Shown: in pieces, positions 1 through 10,699 of the stretch
How positions within the stretch are numbered: position 1 is the first letter of the stretch
Layout of the letters: every line of letters begins with the position of its first letter
DNA from: a virus
Taxonomy: Duplodnaviria; Caudoviricetes
Length of the DNA: 56,985 bases
Reading direction: 5' to 3' (one strand)
IMG/VR virus record: IMGVR_UViG_3300024334_000003
Location: 1-56,985 of that record
Made by a program: the position numbers and the translations under genes
The notes under the pieces: generated by a model
What the model was told of the DNA's origin: nothing
Seen by the model: only the letters and a program-made list of their open reading frames with translations
The model's database searches: none

Positions 1-159
1 ACTTCTAGCGATTATTGCCCAGTACAATAGTCAAAAAAAAAAAGAAGAAACTTCACAATCTCCCTTGGTTTCGGAGGTGGGTTCATTGGATTCAAGTTCA
101 CCTACATCTCTGGGTGGAGAACAAGACACTGCACTTTCGGATTTTCTTACGGCACCGAG
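1..159. repeat. Terminal overlap, copy 1 (circular closure)
   Basis: Identical to 56828-56985 except an A11 run here versus A10 there. Confidence 0.97.
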
Positions 160-3100
160 GATAGGTAACAAAAGGGTTCCGCAGTTTGAGGCGGACATCC
201 TGAATGATTATGCCACGTCTTTTGACAACGCATACCTACAAACGATTTACGAAAAGTTTGATGTATCCAAGTTCACAGATATTGTCAACTATGAAAATAG
301 TCAAGGTAGCTATCAGGACTTTCTAAACGCTTTCAACCAATCAAGCACCGAGGACGAAAAGTTCACAGCTAAAAAAGAACTTGTAGATTTCTTGATTGAA
401 GAGGGTGACCCTGACTTTGAAATCAATAGAAGGGTTTTAGGTGGTGTAACTGATGAGGTTTACAGAGACCTTACTGGAAACCCAGAGCTTGAGGGGGAGG
501 ACATCTTAACCCCTATTCCGCTTAAGAATCAGGTATCTAAATCTCTTCAAGACTTAGGAGCTGGTGTCGCCACTAGGTCTGGTGCTAAGCTTAGGGAAAA
601 CCTACCTCAATCCATTCTCGAAGACCCTAAAAAAGTAAGTGATTACGAGAGATACCTGTATGATAATTACGGACTCTCAGTTGACCTGAACGAAGACAAA
701 TACATCGGCGGTGTAGAGGTCGTTGAGGGTGGTGCATTTGCTGGGTTTGGGCGTTCGGTATCCAAGGCGTGGAAAGAGACCATGGCTGGTGGCAACTTCA
801 TACTTGGCGATGCGGTCGCTTCAATGTTTGGTGACGACAACTGGTTCACACAATGGGCCATTCGTGCTGGTGAAGAGGGGAGTGCGCAGGCTGAGGAAAT
901 TGCAAAGGAACTTCCTATTTCGTTAGAGAGACTTGCAGCTAAGACAGACAAGGTGTTGTCTCTTAAGGGAGATGATGGAGAGCTTGACGACTTAATTAAT
1001 GATTACCTCAGAATGGGGGGTGAATCTGTTCCTATGATGGGTGGCGCAATCGTTGCAGGGGTACTCACTAGAGGGGCAGCATCAAGAAGCACAGGGCTTT
1101 CGCAACTTAGAACCTCACTTAAAGGGTTGAGTCGAGCTGAGCAAATTGCAAAGACCAGACAGTTTATGGCTGCTGGTAAAACTATATCTCAGGCAAAGAA
1201 GATTGTCAAAACAAGCCAGACCGCAGGTGCATTTACCGCTACCAGTGCTATGGGTATGGGTACTCAGTACAATGCTGTAAGGGACGAGGAGTGGTTCCAA
1301 GAAATGAGTGGAGCTGAGAAGTCTGCATACACTTCAATCATGGGTGTTGCCGAGGGATTGCCAGCCTTAGTCGCCGCAAACATTAGCGCAAGAGCATTAG
1401 GTAGGCTTTCTAAAGTTGGTAAGGAGAACTTTGTTAAGGGTCTTCTAAAGGCAACTGGTATTGGTATGATTGAGGAGGGTGTTACCGAAGGTGTTACTGC
1501 GGGCATTCAGTACATTACAAGCACATCATTCAACCCCAACGTGGAGTTTGATTTTGATGACATGATGGCTGACGTAAAGGACGGTGTGTACGGTGGTATC
1601 GCGCTTGGCGGTGGTGTTTCCGTTACGGCTCAAATTCCCGGTGCTATCTACGCGGGAGCTATGGCTGTAACATCGCTGCCTTCAGTTCGTGACGCTATTC
1701 AAATCGAGAAGCTCACTAAGGAGTACGATACAGCTCCAGACCAAGCCACGAGACAAGAGATTGGCAGGAAGTTGGAGGCGGCTGTAATGGGTAGGGCTAC
1801 TCGAAACCGGAACAGAAGAAAGTTCTACGAAGACCTACACGAAAACAATAACGAGGCTTGGTCTCAGTTGACTGGCATCCAGAAGAAGATTATCCAACTG
1901 GGATTACAGTTTGAAAGAACTGAAAAGGGTGAGACGAGAGATGGCTTTAAAGCAGAGATGGTTGCGTTGCTTGAGGAAAGAACCAAGCTTGAGAAGGAGC
2001 TTGGCATGGAGTATGACCTCGATATAAACAAAGAGTTTAATCGTGTCAGTGGTAGAATTTCTAAGATTGATAGGTACTACAATGACTACGGCTCTCTGTT
2101 TGAGGGTGACTCAGAATCCACTACTGTAACTGGAGAAAATGCAGACTCTGTTCTTGATGCCATTAATGAGGTGACGTTCAATAGGATTGACCAAGTTGAA
2201 AAGCTAAGCACCGGGGTGAGCATGAAGCGTGCTTTAAAGAATGTTGTAACTGTAGCTAAAGCACTATCCAAGACAGGTAAGTTTGAAGGCATTGTAATTC
2301 ACAAAACAGACACATCATTTATGAACGCGACAGGACAAGCTCTTGGTCGCGGAATGTGGACAGGTAAGGGTAAGATTCACATCTATGCCCCAGCTGCAAT
2401 GGAGAACACATCTTTTCACGAGGCATTTCACGACCTTGTTCTTGAGTCCTTGGGGGAGGAGGCGTTACAAAAGCTATCTGTTTCTCTGTACAAGGGCTTG
2501 TCTGGAGACCTTCGAAAGAAGTACAACAACTTCCTTGCTGGTCAGAGAGGCGTTAATAGAAGGCAGGTTCAAGAGATGGAGGGTGACCCCATGACCGCTG
2601 AGGAGTTCTTGGTTGAGCTTCTTGGAGACATTACAACTGGTGATGTAGGCATTGAGGTAAAGAAAGGTTTGGTAAATCAGTTCAAAGACTTTGTTGCTAA
2701 GGCTGTCAATACCATTCCGGGTGTTGAGGTAGACATGACGGAAGCCGACCCTAGGCTCGATGACCTTGTTACAGCTATTCAAAAAATGACTGGTCAGTTG
2801 GCGGCAGGCGAGGCGGTAACAGCTACCGAAGACTTGCGTGATGCGTCTGTTCGTGCTGGGTATAACGCTATGATGGTGGAGCTTGAGGACATGAGTTCCA
2901 AGGCTCAAGGAATCTACGCTAGGAATAGGGATGTAGAGGAGGTTACTGATGCGGGTCGATGGGCTGCTTCTATGGCTGAGGCCACGGACAGAATGAAGGA
3001 GCTCAAGATGAAGATGGTTCTTCAGGTCGATGCTCTATCGGAGGCGGACGCACAGAAAATCATAGACGACGGAGGTAAGCTGTTCATGACTAAGGATGGG

Positions 3101-6100
3101 CTTGGTGGGGCGTACCTTAAATCTGATGGATACATGGGTGGGTTGTTTAAGAACCCTGACTCACAGTTAAGGGCAATCAGCGCACCTCTTCAAGCCATCA
3201 GAGCAAGGGAGGGAGGTAAGTTTTACGATGCTTTTGCAACAAAGCTTGAGAGTCTTTACGTGAGCAATGGATGGAAGCCAGTTGCTAGGCTTGATTTCAA
3301 TGAGGAGTTTGCACCAGAGGGTTGGAATGACCCTGACTCACCGCTCATAGATAAGCCGGACGTTGTGTTCTTTGTTAAGGGTGAGGGAAAGGTTGGGGAC
3401 GGTATCCGCATGGATGAATACGACGATGCGTTCAACTATGCAGAAGGTCTTGCCAACGGTAAGGCACAGGCATTCATTAGAGAGCTTCAAAACAAGCCCG
3501 GATTAGAGGACTTTCTCACCAAAGCTAACCTCACCGAGACTGAACTTGAGGAGAGAAAGAAGGAACTCTTGCTTCCGGAAAGTCAACGTCAAAAAAGAAA
3601 GCCTATTGTCGTAGAGGCTCTCAAGAACTACGCTGCCCAAGAAATCAATCAGGAGCAGTTCATTGAGATTATCAGGAGGGAGTCACCAATTACTCCGTTC
3701 CCCACTGTTCCCGAGGTTCCAAGCATACTAGATGTTGGTAGTGCCCTTACATCCAATAAGCTGAACGCTGGAATCATTGACGTAAACAAGACCATACCTC
3801 AGGGGTACTATGTTGCGCTTCGTTTGGACATACCTGCATACGACAATTACGATGTGTGGGTTGTTTCCATTCACCAAGGCTCTACCAATGACGTGAGGTC
3901 TCCCAATATGGGGGGCTCTATTGGGTATGGTCAAACGGGACTGATTAGTAATGTTGAGTTCCTTGCCATGCCGAAGGCTGCATTTCAAATTGCTACACAG
4001 AAAGGGAAGGCTCCTATCGCTCGGATGTTCGGCGATTGGAAAAATCACGATTCGCAAGAGTTACGTCAGCGTGCGGTAGACATCATGGCTGGCGACCAGT
4101 ACAACGTCTCAGACCACCCTGTAGGAAAGCACGAGGGATGGGTGCAGGTGGGCATGAATCCCTTCCGTCACAGCTGGTTCTATGACAAGAGGGACGGCAA
4201 CCCGATTGTGTCTGCATCTGAGGTTATTCAGATTGGTGCCCTCGTCCTTGCTAAGGATGTAGAGAAGGTTCCCGTTACCGACGAGAGATTTAGCATAGCC
4301 ACAGAAGACGGTGCGACGATTAAGTTTCAGCACATCCTTCCGGGTCAAGATGGCATGGACACCAAGGTGTCTTTTAGCAACAAGGCACAGAAGTTTGGTC
4401 GCATCTCAAACAGATACGCTGTAGAAGATGGTGAGTTTGAAGAAAGTGCTAATGCTGTACTTCACAACGCTGTGTTTGATGAGGTGCTTAATGAGAGTCA
4501 GGTGATAGTATCATCTCCAGACCACATGCTTGTTGGTACTGTTTTTCTTGACGAAGAAGTTTTGGCTGAAGGTGGCGGCGGATTGTTTTATCCAGTTCGA
4601 ACAAAGAACACATGGGCGTTTGGACAAAAGGGAGATGCTAACGCATTTAAAAACACCGTCAACAAGATGAGAGGTGAGTCTCCTGACGGTAAGGTTCACG
4701 TATTACTTGTCAGTGGGACTGATGATAAAGTGAAGAGCAACATCACCACGATGGAAGCAGGGCTTAATCTTATGGATAGGCTAGTTGGAGAGGGTATCCT
4801 TACACAAAATCAAATTGACAAACTTATCGTGGACTCTTTGAACGACATCATTGATGCATTGCCAGCAAAGAAGGAAGGCAGGTACGGTGAGAAGGTTAAG
4901 TTTAAGGGCAAGAGGGCAGACATTCGTGCGGCTGTGGAGGCAAGTCTTCGCAGAACCGACAACACATCCTTTGAATTAAGGAGAGCTTACATGGATAAGC
5001 TGTTCGCTAACCTCGGGCGCATGTCCGTGATTAGGGAAAACCCTAAGTCTCTTGATAAGGTAAAAGAAATTACGGGAGTAAGTAAGCTGACAAAATCTCA
5101 AGTTGGAAGCACACTCAAGAGGACGCTTGTTCTCTCTATGATTGAGGGTCATCTTCAAGGTGTCCCAAAAGACGTGGTGTATGCTTCGATTGAAGTTGAC
5201 TCAGACCTTGAGGTTGATATGATGCCGGGCAATGAGGCATTCCCTGCTGCTGTGGTCATGAGAGATGCTGGTGGAAATAAAAAGACACCAAAGATTCACT
5301 TGTTCGCAGACAAACCTCATGTCAACGATGTGATGCTTGACAACGAAACAGGTCTAAGTAGGGCAGACTTCATGGAAGCTAAACTTGCTGACGGTGAGTA
5401 TGCTAAGAAGGACGGTGTTCGAAGAAGTGAGGCAAACGAACGTAAGGCTATTGATGGTAGATGGAAGGGCAGTATGGGTTTGCTTCAGGCGGCCTACGGT
5501 TTTGGTAAAACTAGACCCAAGGCTCAAGCTATTGTTGACTCAGAGTCTAAGGCTCAGGGTAGTTTCCTGAAGAAAGTTTCTCAGATGATTGACAAGGTGT
5601 ACCCATCACCTATTATCAGTCGAGATAAGCGCAGAAAGAATCCCGTCACAGGACTGGATGAATCTCAACAGCTAGATGCTTTTGCTTACGCCAAGAGTGA
5701 GGTTATTAAAACCCTGATGGACATGGGTATGTCTAAGGAGGGGGCCGACATGATGTTCAAGAAAGCTGTAGCTTATAAGCAGGGGCGTTCTCAGGGAAAG
5801 AGAGAGGGTATGCGCGTGGCCATGGCTAACGCAGCCGAGACTCGTAAGATGGGGACTAAGGCGAAGAACCTACAGAAAGCTCTCATTCAACTGAAGGATA
5901 AGTCCAAGACCTTTAATGAGTTCTTGACTAAAGCTATTGAGCTGATTGATGGACGCATGAAGGAAGATGCAAAGACTCCTTTTACCCGTTCTCAAATTAC
6001 AGGAATGGTTAAGGCTATCCGACAGGCTCATAAGACCAGCGGAAAGAAGATTGAAGAGCAGGGCATGGAGGCTATGCAAACTTTCATCGACAAAATCTCT

Positions 6101-9100
6101 GTCATCTTTGACAAGAGAGACTCTAGGGCTGAGCTGCAACGATATCTAGATGGTATCAAGCACGCTCAAAAGTTGCAGAAGCGAATTAAAAGAATGGCTA
6201 AGCCAAAGGGTAGAAGCGGTGCGGCAAAAAACGTAACGACCTACGCTAAGATTGCAAACGGTTTGGCTTCAATCAATCCTGCACTTCTACCACAGAACGA
6301 GCTGGAGGGATTCGTCAGCACACTGATGTCAACCATCAGCTCGATGTCCAAGGCTAAGGCGGTCTTTGAACCGGAGATTGAAGCCTATGTTGGGGTGTCT
6401 TTCGCTAAGACCGAGGCGGTAGTTCTATACAATAAACTCAGCAACTATCAAGCAATGGAGGAGCTGGGTCGGCAGGCTGTGTTTATGGCTCGCGCTCAAC
6501 TACGTGCAGCAAAGAACAATACTACTGTAGAAGAAGAGTACAAGAAACTGGTTCAGAATTACGAGAGAAGTAGGTTGTCCTCTAGTCGTAGAGCCATACT
6601 TAAATTCATTGATGACAACCCAACAATCCAACACCCAGATACAGGTGATACTGTTGTGCTTAATGCAAGCAACCCGGCGCACGTTGATTTGATTACTCAA
6701 ATTTTGGCTGAGCAGGCTGCTACAAAAGAGGAGTTGCAAAAAGATGCCATCATCAATGATGTATTACTCCCAAGAATTGTAGCTAATATCGACAAGCTTC
6801 TGGAGGACACACAGATTGCGGACATCCTTGGTATCTATAGCGTTGCAGACTTGGACTTTGATAAACTCAGAGCAAGACTCAACAAACTAAAAAGACATCA
6901 CATCATCAACCTTGATTACAGGCTTGACGATTACCTCATCAATGATTCGGTATATGGTATCGGGTACATGCACGCCCTAGTTCAAGGTAACATCGACATG
7001 CCTAGCGAGCTTGAAAAACTTGTGAAGCGTAAAGGATTGAAGGCGAGAAAAGGTGCTCTTTTTGGTATGCTAGATACTGTCAACTCCTATCTGTCTAATG
7101 TGATTCCAACAGACAGGATAACCTTCGCGAAGCTTAGGGTTGCTATTGGTTTGGCACAGCTAACCAATGACTTTGCTAATGCGGATTTCATTCACAGTCA
7201 GGTGGTTGAGTTGTTAGAGAATGAGATTAACAGAATTACCGAAAAGGGGGGAAGCGTAACAACCAGAATGGACAGAGCTATCATGCAGCTGTACTCTATG
7301 GCTAAGCAGATGCCTGAGTTTGAGGGCGAGCGTGGTCAAGCTGAGGCGGCTTGGTACTTGGAGCTTCGAAACTCTATGCGTAGAACGATTGATTACTACT
7401 CTGAACAGCAGTCTTTTTCTAATGAGGAGATTGATGAGTTTGAAGATGCATTCAATTACATGTTTGGTCAGGCTGAAACTCTTTCAGAAATGATTGCTCG
7501 GGTTGAGTCTGAACGTAAGGACGTAGTAGAGATGGTTCAGTTTACGTCGGACATTCACTCCAGCCTAATGCCAGCGTTTAGAAACTACGTCGAGAGGTAC
7601 CTTGGAAAGGAGCTGGTTGTCGAGGACAACTACACTGCGTTTGAGGTTATTCCTGAAACTGGAGCAAGGGATGTAGATGATATGCTAAGCCTTCGAATTT
7701 CACTCAATGATGCATTGGCAAGCAGCTCACTATCGCAAACTAAAAAGGTAGCCGGAAGTAGCTTCGAGAGAAATCCTCGTTCACTCAAGGGTAAGAATAG
7801 AATTGGTCTTGACTTTCTATCTGCTAATGAGAGAACGCTGAGAGACAACATCATATTATCCAACACCGTTGGTTCAGTTGTCCGGTCAAGCTATGTCCTA
7901 AACAGCGACGCAATGAAAGCCTTCATCCCGAACGCTAAAGTTCGCATGGAGCTTGAGAGGAAAATCATGCTGTATGTGCAGCAAGATACTGGTAAGGTTC
8001 CTCCAGTGTTCCAACCTACATTCAAGGCTATTGGTTTTAGATTTATCAATCCCATCAACCTGCTTCGTAATGCGGTCATCGTAAGGGCATTCGGTAGCTT
8101 CGGTATTCAAACTCTAAAGCAGAGCACGGTTCTTACGTCGGTCATGTTTCAGACCAAGAACCCAATTCAATCTATCCCATATCTGCTTACAACCCTATCG
8201 GAGATGGTTTACTTCTCCTTGAAGACTCTAGCGGGTAAAGACGCTAAGCTTGCTCTTGATGATGGCAGGTACAAACTACTTCAAAACTCTCCTGTATTCC
8301 AGAGGGACTACGAGGCGGGCAACATCGACCCATACACAGGAAGGATGAGCCTTGATGAGGGTAGTCTTCAAAAGGTCGTCAGGACTATGAGTGATATAAG
8401 CTTGAAGAACCTTAAGGGTACTGACAAGGTTGCGGCTGTAGCATCGTGGTTCACATTCTATGGCGATGCCTTGATTACCGAAGGTGTCGTTGAAAGCTTT
8501 GACCAGATTGATTGGGATGCCGAAGCTGTTGCCCCAAACTCTACAGCATTGAGCTATGCTGACGCAATGGTGAATAAAGACCAAGCGGCATCTACTCCAA
8601 GAGAGGCAGCTGATTTGTACATGCAGGAGAAAGGTGTGAAATCTATCATTGCCTACCTCGCACAAAACATTCTTCTTCCGTTCTCAAGATTCGCCGTAAA
8701 TAAGAAGCGAAGCATCTCTTCGGATGCAATGAGAATCTACAAGGGTGATGCGCAAGCTAAAAAAGAGGGTGGTGTTGCTATGCTTGGACACGCTGCCGAA
8801 CTTACTCTATTTGCTTACATCGGAAAGGTTTTGATTCCTGCAATCTCTAGCATCTTTATCGACGATGACGAAGACGAGATGCCAAAAGATTCGAGATGGA
8901 GAGACATTTTATCTCAGGTTGTTGTCGATGCGAACCCGCTCCCTCCAATGGGAATCTTTGACAATCAAGTCAAGGGTGCTTTGAACAAGTTCCTATTCTA
9001 TCCCTACGATGTAATGATGGAAGGTGATTTTGATTTAGGTGACGATGATGGATACGAAAGATGGACAAGGCTAGGTAAAGGTGTTCCGATGTACTATAAG

Positions 9101-9799
9101 TCTGCGCCAAAGGATGTAACTCAAGGGTTCACTAGATTCCTTGGCCCGTATGGAGACTTCCTTGACGATGCTAGAACGATTGCAGAAAACCTTGCGCTAC
9201 CACCCAACCGTGTGGTGTCGAGCAACGGTACGGAGTACTTCGTTAGACCAGAAGACAAGGAAGCAATGGAATTGCACTACTACATGAAGACTTTCCTGTT
9301 TGCTGGTCAGATGTTCGGGCTGTCTAGTAAAGAGATTGATGTTCTTGTACGTGAGATGGATGACCTACCAAGAGACAGGAGGTTGTCCAACGAGGAGGCA
9401 CTCGCTGCATACGAGGTGATTGCAGAAAAGTATGGCAACACCCTTGAAGGTGAGGTCATAGGCGAGGAGAGAATCATGAAGGTCATCGAAGACAAAGAAT
9501 CTGTGTTTGATAAGAAGCGTGCTGCTGACAGCTTCCGCTCTTCTGTCAAGCCATTGGTGGCGGAGCAGGTGATGAGGGATGAATACCCAGAGGGCTACAA
9601 GTCATATATCAGAGAGGCTCGCAAGCTACCTAAGCAACTTAAGAACGCTAGAGATTACTACGCCTACCTCAGGGGGAAGAGTCAAGACATGGAGCCGCAA
9701 GAGTTTGAAAAGTTCAAGACATTCATTGACTCTTATCTGGCCATCGTCAGACCTTCGTTCTACGTTGAGGAGCAATACATAGAATCCGTAGAAGAATGA
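65..9799 (+). CDS. Giant virion/ejection polyvalent protein; true start probably ATG 56766 across the junction (about 3286 aa). Contains a zincin metallopeptidase, a GNAT-like domain and further unassigned domains
   Basis: 3244-aa ORF open back through base 1; HEAFH at 2417-2431 with downstream EEFLVE; YDAF..LESLY..GWKPVARLDFNEEFAP.GW..PDVVF segment; last gene of the ejection-protein cluster. Confidence 0.75.
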   Translation: MVSEVGSLDSSSPTSLGGEQDTALSDFLTAPRIGNKRVPQFEADILNDYATSFDNAYLQTIYEKFDVSKFTDIVNYENSQGSYQDFLNAFNQSSTEDEKFTAKKELVDFLIEEGDPDFEINRRVLGGVTDEVYRDLTGNPELEGEDILTPIPLKNQVSKSLQDLGAGVATRSGAKLRENLPQSILEDPKKVSDYERYLYDNYGLSVDLNEDKYIGGVEVVEGGAFAGFGRSVSKAWKETMAGGNFILGDAVASMFGDDNWFTQWAIRAGEEGSAQAEEIAKELPISLERLAAKTDKVLSLKGDDGELDDLINDYLRMGGESVPMMGGAIVAGVLTRGAASRSTGLSQLRTSLKGLSRAEQIAKTRQFMAAGKTISQAKKIVKTSQTAGAFTATSAMGMGTQYNAVRDEEWFQEMSGAEKSAYTSIMGVAEGLPALVAANISARALGRLSKVGKENFVKGLLKATGIGMIEEGVTEGVTAGIQYITSTSFNPNVEFDFDDMMADVKDGVYGGIALGGGVSVTAQIPGAIYAGAMAVTSLPSVRDAIQIEKLTKEYDTAPDQATRQEIGRKLEAAVMGRATRNRNRRKFYEDLHENNNEAWSQLTGIQKKIIQLGLQFERTEKGETRDGFKAEMVALLEERTKLEKELGMEYDLDINKEFNRVSGRISKIDRYYNDYGSLFEGDSESTTVTGENADSVLDAINEVTFNRIDQVEKLSTGVSMKRALKNVVTVAKALSKTGKFEGIVIHKTDTSFMNATGQALGRGMWTGKGKIHIYAPAAMENTSFHEAFHDLVLESLGEEALQKLSVSLYKGLSGDLRKKYNNFLAGQRGVNRRQVQEMEGDPMTAEEFLVELLGDITTGDVGIEVKKGLVNQFKDFVAKAVNTIPGVEVDMTEADPRLDDLVTAIQKMTGQLAAGEAVTATEDLRDASVRAGYNAMMVELEDMSSKAQGIYARNRDVEEVTDAGRWAASMAEATDRMKELKMKMVLQVDALSEADAQKIIDDGGKLFMTKDGLGGAYLKSDGYMGGLFKNPDSQLRAISAPLQAIRAREGGKFYDAFATKLESLYVSNGWKPVARLDFNEEFAPEGWNDPDSPLIDKPDVVFFVKGEGKVGDGIRMDEYDDAFNYAEGLANGKAQAFIRELQNKPGLEDFLTKANLTETELEERKKELLLPESQRQKRKPIVVEALKNYAAQEINQEQFIEIIRRESPITPFPTVPEVPSILDVGSALTSNKLNAGIIDVNKTIPQGYYVALRLDIPAYDNYDVWVVSIHQGSTNDVRSPNMGGSIGYGQTGLISNVEFLAMPKAAFQIATQKGKAPIARMFGDWKNHDSQELRQRAVDIMAGDQYNVSDHPVGKHEGWVQVGMNPFRHSWFYDKRDGNPIVSASEVIQIGALVLAKDVEKVPVTDERFSIATEDGATIKFQHILPGQDGMDTKVSFSNKAQKFGRISNRYAVEDGEFEESANAVLHNAVFDEVLNESQVIVSSPDHMLVGTVFLDEEVLAEGGGGLFYPVRTKNTWAFGQKGDANAFKNTVNKMRGESPDGKVHVLLVSGTDDKVKSNITTMEAGLNLMDRLVGEGILTQNQIDKLIVDSLNDIIDALPAKKEGRYGEKVKFKGKRADIRAAVEASLRRTDNTSFELRRAYMDKLFANLGRMSVIRENPKSLDKVKEITGVSKLTKSQVGSTLKRTLVLSMIEGHLQGVPKDVVYASIEVDSDLEVDMMPGNEAFPAAVVMRDAGGNKKTPKIHLFADKPHVNDVMLDNETGLSRADFMEAKLADGEYAKKDGVRRSEANERKAIDGRWKGSMGLLQAAYGFGKTRPKAQAIVDSESKAQGSFLKKVSQMIDKVYPSPIISRDKRRKNPVTGLDESQQLDAFAYAKSEVIKTLMDMGMSKEGADMMFKKAVAYKQGRSQGKREGMRVAMANAAETRKMGTKAKNLQKALIQLKDKSKTFNEFLTKAIELIDGRMKEDAKTPFTRSQITGMVKAIRQAHKTSGKKIEEQGMEAMQTFIDKISVIFDKRDSRAELQRYLDGIKHAQKLQKRIKRMAKPKGRSGAAKNVTTYAKIANGLASINPALLPQNELEGFVSTLMSTISSMSKAKAVFEPEIEAYVGVSFAKTEAVVLYNKLSNYQAMEELGRQAVFMARAQLRAAKNNTTVEEEYKKLVQNYERSRLSSSRRAILKFIDDNPTIQHPDTGDTVVLNASNPAHVDLITQILAEQAATKEELQKDAIINDVLLPRIVANIDKLLEDTQIADILGIYSVADLDFDKLRARLNKLKRHHIINLDYRLDDYLINDSVYGIGYMHALVQGNIDMPSELEKLVKRKGLKARKGALFGMLDTVNSYLSNVIPTDRITFAKLRVAIGLAQLTNDFANADFIHSQVVELLENEINRITEKGGSVTTRMDRAIMQLYSMAKQMPEFEGERGQAEAAWYLELRNSMRRTIDYYSEQQSFSNEEIDEFEDAFNYMFGQAETLSEMIARVESERKDVVEMVQFTSDIHSSLMPAFRNYVERYLGKELVVEDNYTAFEVIPETGARDVDDMLSLRISLNDALASSSLSQTKKVAGSSFERNPRSLKGKNRIGLDFLSANERTLRDNIILSNTVGSVVRSSYVLNSDAMKAFIPNAKVRMELERKIMLYVQQDTGKVPPVFQPTFKAIGFRFINPINLLRNAVIVRAFGSFGIQTLKQSTVLTSVMFQTKNPIQSIPYLLTTLSEMVYFSLKTLAGKDAKLALDDGRYKLLQNSPVFQRDYEAGNIDPYTGRMSLDEGSLQKVVRTMSDISLKNLKGTDKVAAVASWFTFYGDALITEGVVESFDQIDWDAEAVAPNSTALSYADAMVNKDQAASTPREAADLYMQEKGVKSIIAYLAQNILLPFSRFAVNKKRSISSDAMRIYKGDAQAKKEGGVAMLGHAAELTLFAYIGKVLIPAISSIFIDDDEDEMPKDSRWRDILSQVVVDANPLPPMGIFDNQVKGALNKFLFYPYDVMMEGDFDLGDDDGYERWTRLGKGVPMYYKSAPKDVTQGFTRFLGPYGDFLDDARTIAENLALPPNRVVSSNGTEYFVRPEDKEAMELHYYMKTFLFAGQMFGLSSKEIDVLVREMDDLPRDRRLSNEEALAAYEVIAEKYGNTLEGEVIGEERIMKVIEDKESVFDKKRAADSFRSSVKPLVAEQVMRDEYPEGYKSYIREARKLPKQLKNARDYYAYLRGKSQDMEPQEFEKFKTFIDSYLAIVRPSFYVEEQYIESVEE

Positions 9800-10266
9800 A
9801 GCTAGAAGTGATGAGGTTTAGCAGCCAAGAGCGGGACACGCTGGGGCTGTTGTTTGATGTGAGCAACGGGACAGAGTTCCGTGAGTTTCTTTGCTTCACC
9901 CTTGAGGACGAAGACAGAAAGGAGAAGGTCATGCATGAGACACGAATCCCTGCGGGAACATACAAGCTAAGGCTAAAGACTTGGGGTGGATACCATGACA
10001 GGTACACCAAAAGGTTTGGCGACATGCACAAGGGTATGCTTGAGGTATTGGATGTGCCTAACTTCGAACACATTCTGATTCATTGCGGCAACGATGAGGA
10101 CGATACTAGCGGGTGCCTCTTGCTTGGCAATACCCAGACGGAGAACATCGCGTCCACTGGATTTGTCGGTGGCTCGACCGCAGCATACAAAAGAGTTTAC
10201 CCTCCCATCGCAGCTGCACTGGAGTGTGAGGAATGTACAATTACATACACCGATTACGATGGATGA
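9796..10266 (+). CDS. DUF5675-family protein, putative endolysin
   Basis: CFTLED..RIPAGTY..VPNFEHILIHCGN..DTSGCLLLG pattern; adjacent to holin. Confidence 0.8.
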   Translation: MKLEVMRFSSQERDTLGLLFDVSNGTEFREFLCFTLEDEDRKEKVMHETRIPAGTYKLRLKTWGGYHDRYTKRFGDMHKGMLEVLDVPNFEHILIHCGNDEDDTSGCLLLGNTQTENIASTGFVGGSTAAYKRVYPPIAAALECEECTITYTDYDG

Positions 10267-10699
10267 TAAAAAGAAAATCAAAGACACTGGTCTAGGCAAG
10301 TGGCTTGCTAAAGCTGCGCCTAATGTACTCAGCACTGTAGGGGATTTACTTCCCGATAAAGGAGCACTTGGCATAGTCAAGAACTTGCTTGATAAAGAGC
10401 CGGGTGTTTCACCAGAGGAGGCTAAGGCTCGTGTTGATGCGGAGATTGCTTACCAAAACAATGTGACCGAGCGTTGGAAAGCCGACATGAGCAGCGATGT
10501 AAAGCTCGCTAAGTACATTAGGCCAGTAACACTGATTGCCTTGATGGTAATGTTTGTAATGACCATGGTGCTAGACTCTATGGATAACCTTCCATTCAAC
10601 GTGAAGGACAGCTACGTGTCTCTCCTTGAGATACTTATGCTTACATCATTTGGTGCTTACTTTGCAGGACGAACCATTGAGAAATCCAGAACAAAATGA
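10259..10699 (+). CDS. Holin (3TM/GTA-holin-like); start at ATG 10259 (MDDKKK)
   Basis: VTERWKADM.SD..LAK.IRP then two hydrophobic helices and a YFAGRTIEK end. Confidence 0.75.
   Translation: MDDKKKIKDTGLGKWLAKAAPNVLSTVGDLLPDKGALGIVKNLLDKEPGVSPEEAKARVDAEIAYQNNVTERWKADMSSDVKLAKYIRPVTLIALMVMFVMTMVLDSMDNLPFNVKDSYVSLLEILMLTSFGAYFAGRTIEKSRTK

Noticed and set aside
9023-9049. Virion RNA polymerase catalytic motif in the giant protein (GDFDLGDDD)
   Set aside because: It does not fit DxDxD spacing (DFDGD/DFDID) and sits in an acidic stretch near the C-terminus; only a profile search could fully exclude an RNAP
10094-10258. 55-aa N-terminal extension of the holin
   Set aside because: Out-of-frame overlap with the DUF5675 gene; ATG 10259 gives a normal coupled start
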